Shown: piece after piece, positions 25,737 through 28,283 of the stretch | Layout: every line of letters begins with the position of its first letter | Numbering within the stretch: the stretch's first letter is position 1 | The notes under the pieces: generated by a model | Seen by the model: only the letters and a program-made list of their open reading frames with translations | The model's database searches: none | What the model was told of the DNA's origin: nothing | Position numbers and translations under genes: made by a program | Source: a virus | Taxonomy: Duplodnaviria > Caudoviricetes | Reading direction: 5' to 3' (one strand) | DNA: 28,283 bases | IMG/VR virus record: IMGVR_UViG_3300038406_000282 | Coordinates: 1 to 28,283 of that record

Positions 25737-25785
25737 CCCTCCGCCCGCCGGCTCGTTGAACCGGTAGACTCGGCGCCGGCAGCAA

Positions 25786-25820
25786 GCGGCCCGCCCCCCG
25801 TGATGAGGGGGGCGGGCCGC
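25786..25820. terminator. Probable bidirectional terminator between convergent units
   Basis: 14-bp perfect stem GCGGCCCGCCCCCC-gtgatga-GGGGGGCGGGCCGC, followed by CGTTCTGTGTT on + and TTGCT on -. Confidence 0.75.
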
Positions 25821-25830
25821 CGTTCTGTGT

Positions 25831-25896
25831 TCAGTGCTCGCCGCAGTCCCAGGTCTTGACCCACACCCCGTCGATCAACTCCCAGATGCAGCGCAT
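25831..25896 (-). CDS. Candidate 21-aa Cys/Trp peptide
   Basis: MRCIWELIDGVWVKTWDCGEH. Starts 3 nt after the upstream TAG, has GC-rich third positions and ends just before the terminator. Confidence 0.4.
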   Translation of the reverse strand: MRCIWELIDGVWVKTWDCGEH

Positions 25897-25899
25897 GGG

Positions 25900-26739
25900 C
25901 TACGCCGCGAACGTGGTCCGCCGACGCCGCGCCAGCCACAGCGCGCCGCCACCAACCGCAGCCGCCGCCCCGCCGGCCACTGCCAGCCCGGCCGCCGGCA
26001 CACCGGTCGTCGGCAGCTGTTCGTCGCCCGGCTCGTCGATCGCGCACAGCGGCAGGAACCCGTCGCCGCCGGCGACCAGCTCAGCCAGCCGCGGCCCGCC
26101 GGTGGCCAGGCCGTCTACCCGGCCTAGGTCGTCCACGCTGGCGAACGGCCGCAACTCGAGGATCTGCTGCGCCCGGTCGGCGTCGACGTGCATGAGCTGG
26201 AGCAGCTCCTCGGCGGTCGCTTCGTTGACGTCCACACACGGCTCGGTGGTGGGCTCCACCGTCGGCTCGACGGTCGGGTCCGGCGTCGGGTCGACCGTCG
26301 GCGTGGGCTCCGGCTCACAGCCCTCCACGGCGAGCTCGTGCCACGCCACCCCCGGCGCGTCGCCGTCGAGCACGTCCCCGCCGGCCTGCAGGTGGTCCAG
26401 CAGGTCCTGCAGGTCCTGCAGCGCCGGGTCGTCGTAGTCCCGCTCGCCGCCGCCCCAGGTGCGCCACTGCACCGCCGTGGTGCCCGGCGCCAGCTCGACG
26501 TCGAGCTGGTCGCCGACCTCGGCGGTGTGGACCTCGCCGGCCACGCGGACCACGACCACGGCGTTGGGCGACAGGTGTTCGTCGCTCGCCCACGCGGAGC
26601 TGGCGGTGAGCTGGCAGCCGTCCGCCTGGATGTCCACGCTCACCTCGTTGTGGTGGGCGCTGGCCGGGCTGGCGAGCGCGAGCCCGCCGACGGCCAGCCC
26701 TACGGCCACCGCTGCCCATCTGCTGATCTTCATCCTCAT
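25900..26739 (-). CDS. Secreted, sortase-anchored (LPTTG) protein with a ComEA-like helix-hairpin-helix domain
   Basis: Signal peptide ending ASPASA, PT/PE linker, CVDVNEATAEELLQL..VDADRAQQILELRPFASVDDLGRVDGL, then LPTTG, TM and RRRR. Confidence 0.85.
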   Translation of the reverse strand: MRMKISRWAAVAVGLAVGGLALASPASAHHNEVSVDIQADGCQLTASSAWASDEHLSPNAVVVVRVAGEVHTAEVGDQLDVELAPGTTAVQWRTWGGGERDYDDPALQDLQDLLDHLQAGGDVLDGDAPGVAWHELAVEGCEPEPTPTVDPTPDPTVEPTVEPTTEPCVDVNEATAEELLQLMHVDADRAQQILELRPFASVDDLGRVDGLATGGPRLAELVAGGDGFLPLCAIDEPGDEQLPTTGVPAAGLAVAGGAAAAVGGGALWLARRRRTTFAA

Positions 26740-26770
26740 CCTCTCGTTGAGCCGAGTGTCCCCGGCATGG

Positions 26771-26805
26771 CCCGGCCGCCGCTCTCACGCCTCACGGCGG
26801 CCGGG
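26771..26805 (-). terminator. Intergenic hairpin (11-bp stem)
   Basis: CCCGGCCGCCG-13nt-CGGCGGCCGGG between the Ltp and LPXTG genes. Confidence 0.55.
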
Positions 26806-26818
26806 TGCTCAGTCGGGC

Positions 26819-27430
26819 TTACAGCCCCACCTCGTTGGCGCCGTGCTCGGCCTGCTTGTGCGTGAACCCTTCAAACTCAAGTTGGTCAATCAGGCCCTGC
26901 CGCGAGAAGTGGGAGTAGTCCAGGTAGCCCTGCGCCACCCTGACCGCCTGCTCTTTCCAGTCCACGTCCAGGTAGTCCACCGCGAACTCGGCGTCCTCCG
27001 AGGTGAACCCTTCGAACTCGAGCTGGTCGATAAGGCCGGTGCGGGAGAACCCCGAGTAGCGCAGGTAGGACTCGGCCGAGCCGATCGCCTGCTCCTGCGC
27101 GACCGTCAGCTCGGGCTCCGGCGCCGGCTCCTCCTCGGGCTCGGGCTGCGGGGGTGTTGCCGGCTCCGCGGCCGGCTCGCCGCGCTGCTCCGTGTCCCGG
27201 TCGAAGATCCCGTTGTCGCCAGCGTCCGGCGCCGCGGCCGGCCGGTCGGCGCTGGTGTTGTCGCTGGTGGCCGCCGCGGCGACGCCGATGCCGCACAGGC
27301 CGACGATGAAGACGGCGCCCGCGATCAGCCACGGCTTCGCGCTGCTCTTCTTCGGCGGGGGCGGCGGGGGCGGCGGCAGGTAGACGCCGGTCGGCTGGTA
27401 GGGCTGGCCTGGTTGGGGCTGCTCGTACAT
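26819..27430 (-). CDS. ltp: Ltp-family host-cell surface-exposed protein (superinfection-exclusion-like)
   Basis: AAGGAG RBS. Pro-rich N-terminus, TM, then two repeats A..YL.YS.FSR.GLIDQLEFEGFT...A..A. Confidence 0.88.
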   Translation of the reverse strand: MYEQPQPGQPYQPTGVYLPPPPPPPPKKSSAKPWLIAGAVFIVGLCGIGVAAAATSDNTSADRPAAAPDAGDNGIFDRDTEQRGEPAAEPATPPQPEPEEEPAPEPELTVAQEQAIGSAESYLRYSGFSRTGLIDQLEFEGFTSEDAEFAVDYLDVDWKEQAVRVAQGYLDYSHFSRQGLIDQLEFEGFTHKQAEHGANEVGL

Positions 27431-27468
27431 GGCGCTCTCCTTCGGAACGGTCGGAACGGTGGGTGGTG

Positions 27469-27506
27469 CCTGGCCGCCGCGCCGTTCCGTGACCGCGGCG
27501 GCCAGG
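27469..27506 (-). terminator. Intergenic hairpin (13-bp stem) upstream of ltp
   Basis: CCTGGCCGCCGCG-12nt-CGCGGCGGCCAGG. Confidence 0.55.
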
Positions 27507-27510
27507 GGTC

Positions 27511-27609
27511 TCAGGTGCGCTCGGCCCGCTCGGCGCACTCGTCACACAGTGGGCCGGTGCCCGCCGGGATGGTGTCGCCGCAGTCTGCGCACACAGTCAC
27601 GAGCGCCAT
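27511..27609 (-). CDS. 32-aa CxxC-CxxC micro-protein
   Basis: TGATG coupling. MALVTVCADCGDTIPAGTGPLCDECAERAERT. Confidence 0.6.
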   Translation of the reverse strand: MALVTVCADCGDTIPAGTGPLCDECAERAERT

Positions 27610-27755
27610 CAGTCCCGCCACCAGCGCGGCTCGGCCGGGTCCTGCCACCACCGGTCGTGGGACCGGTCCAGCCACCGGCCGAGCCAGTGCACCCCGCCGA
27701 CGGCCGCGGCGGCCAGGCCGGCGCCGATGGCCAGGGTCAGTCCCAAAGTGTGCAC
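27609..27755 (-). CDS. 48-aa single-TM protein
   Basis: GAGGAGG RBS before [28 protein letters not shown]. Confidence 0.6.
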   Translation of the reverse strand: MHTLGLTLAIGAGLAAAAVGGVHWLGRWLDRSHDRWWQDPAEPRWWRD

Positions 27756-27877
27756 TGGTCCTCCTCGTCGAAGCGGTCTTCGGTGACCTCGGTGGCCACC
27801 CGGTAGCCGGCGTATGCGGCGGTCGCGGCCAGCGCGGCGGCGGCGGTGCCGGCCAGCACCATCAGCCACACGGTCAT
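27737..27877 (-). CDS. 46-aa single-TM protein
   Basis: ATGA coupling. MTVWLMVLAGTAAAALAATAAYAGYR with an acidic tail. Confidence 0.6.
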   Translation of the reverse strand: MTVWLMVLAGTAAAALAATAAYAGYRVATEVTEDRFDEEDQCTLWD

Positions 27878-28152
27878 GAGCCGGGCTCGTGGGCGTGCTG
27901 GTGGGCGGGGGCGAGCAGGTCTTCGTACCACGGCGGCAGGATGCCGTGGGTGCGCAGCCACGCCTGGGCTGCGGGGCGGTCGCCGGCTGGCAGCCGGGAG
28001 AGCAGGTCGGCGATGTCCTCCTCGCGGGCGGCGGCGATGTCGGCGAGGTGGTTGGCGGTGGTGGCGTCGGCGATCGGGTCGGCGTCGCCGTACAGCTGGG
28101 CGGCGATCTGCTGCGCGTCGTCGTCGGAGCGGAGGCTTGAGAGCACGATCAT
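27874..28152 (-). CDS. Hypothetical protein (92 aa)
   Basis: AAGGAG RBS before ATG 28152. MIVLSSLRSDDDAQQIAAQLYG... Confidence 0.65.
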   Translation of the reverse strand: MIVLSSLRSDDDAQQIAAQLYGDADPIADATTANHLADIAAAREEDIADLLSRLPAGDRPAAQAWLRTHGILPPWYEDLLAPAHQHAHEPGS

Positions 28153-28283
28153 GGGGGGCTCCTTCCGGGTGTGCGCCCGACCCGGCGGAGACAGGGTCAC
28201 GCCGGGCCGGGGCCTCGGTGTTGCCCGGCCGGGTAGCACGGCACTTCGGGGACCCCGAAGGGTGCTGACTCCCCTGCCGGGGT

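Noticed and set aside
25755-25820. TAGACT at 25765-25770 as promoter of a short RNA ending at the terminator
   Set aside because: There is no recognisable -35 and no operator palindrome; a single hexamer is insufficient evidence.
26819-27430. Lipoprotein lipobox in the Ltp protein (VGLC)
   Set aside because: The Cys lies mid-hydrophobic segment after a long Pro-rich N-terminus and the box is non-canonical, so a TM anchor is at least as likely. Lipidation is not claimed.

Overview
High-GC actinobacterial siphovirus or prophage segment. From 1 to 24.5 kb the + strand carries the late operon: terminase small and large subunits, HK97-type portal, prohead protease and major capsid, two glycosyltransferases and an IPT/Ig-like protein, head-tail connectors, two paralogous tail-tube-like genes, a tail chaperone, the tape measure, a 945-aa tail protein, three tandem paralogous receptor-binding-like proteins, an amidase endolysin, membrane and collagen proteins, an appendage-like module and a holin. 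From 24.6 to 28.3 kb is an accessory region with a divergent promoter pair covered by four palindromic operators, an HTH gene, small Zn-finger ORFs, a sortase-anchored ComEA-type HhH protein and an Ltp-family surface protein. The best candidate for an undescribed system is the module at 20808-23876. A canonical -1 slippery site (G GGA AAC TGA) is predicted to fuse a 145-aa subunit to a beta-helix domain through one copy of a 21-aa repeat, and that repeat recurs five times in the next gene, which suggests a modular virion fibre or appendage. No integrase, tRNA, rRNA or CRISPR array was seen. All family calls come from motif recognition by eye; no database search was run.
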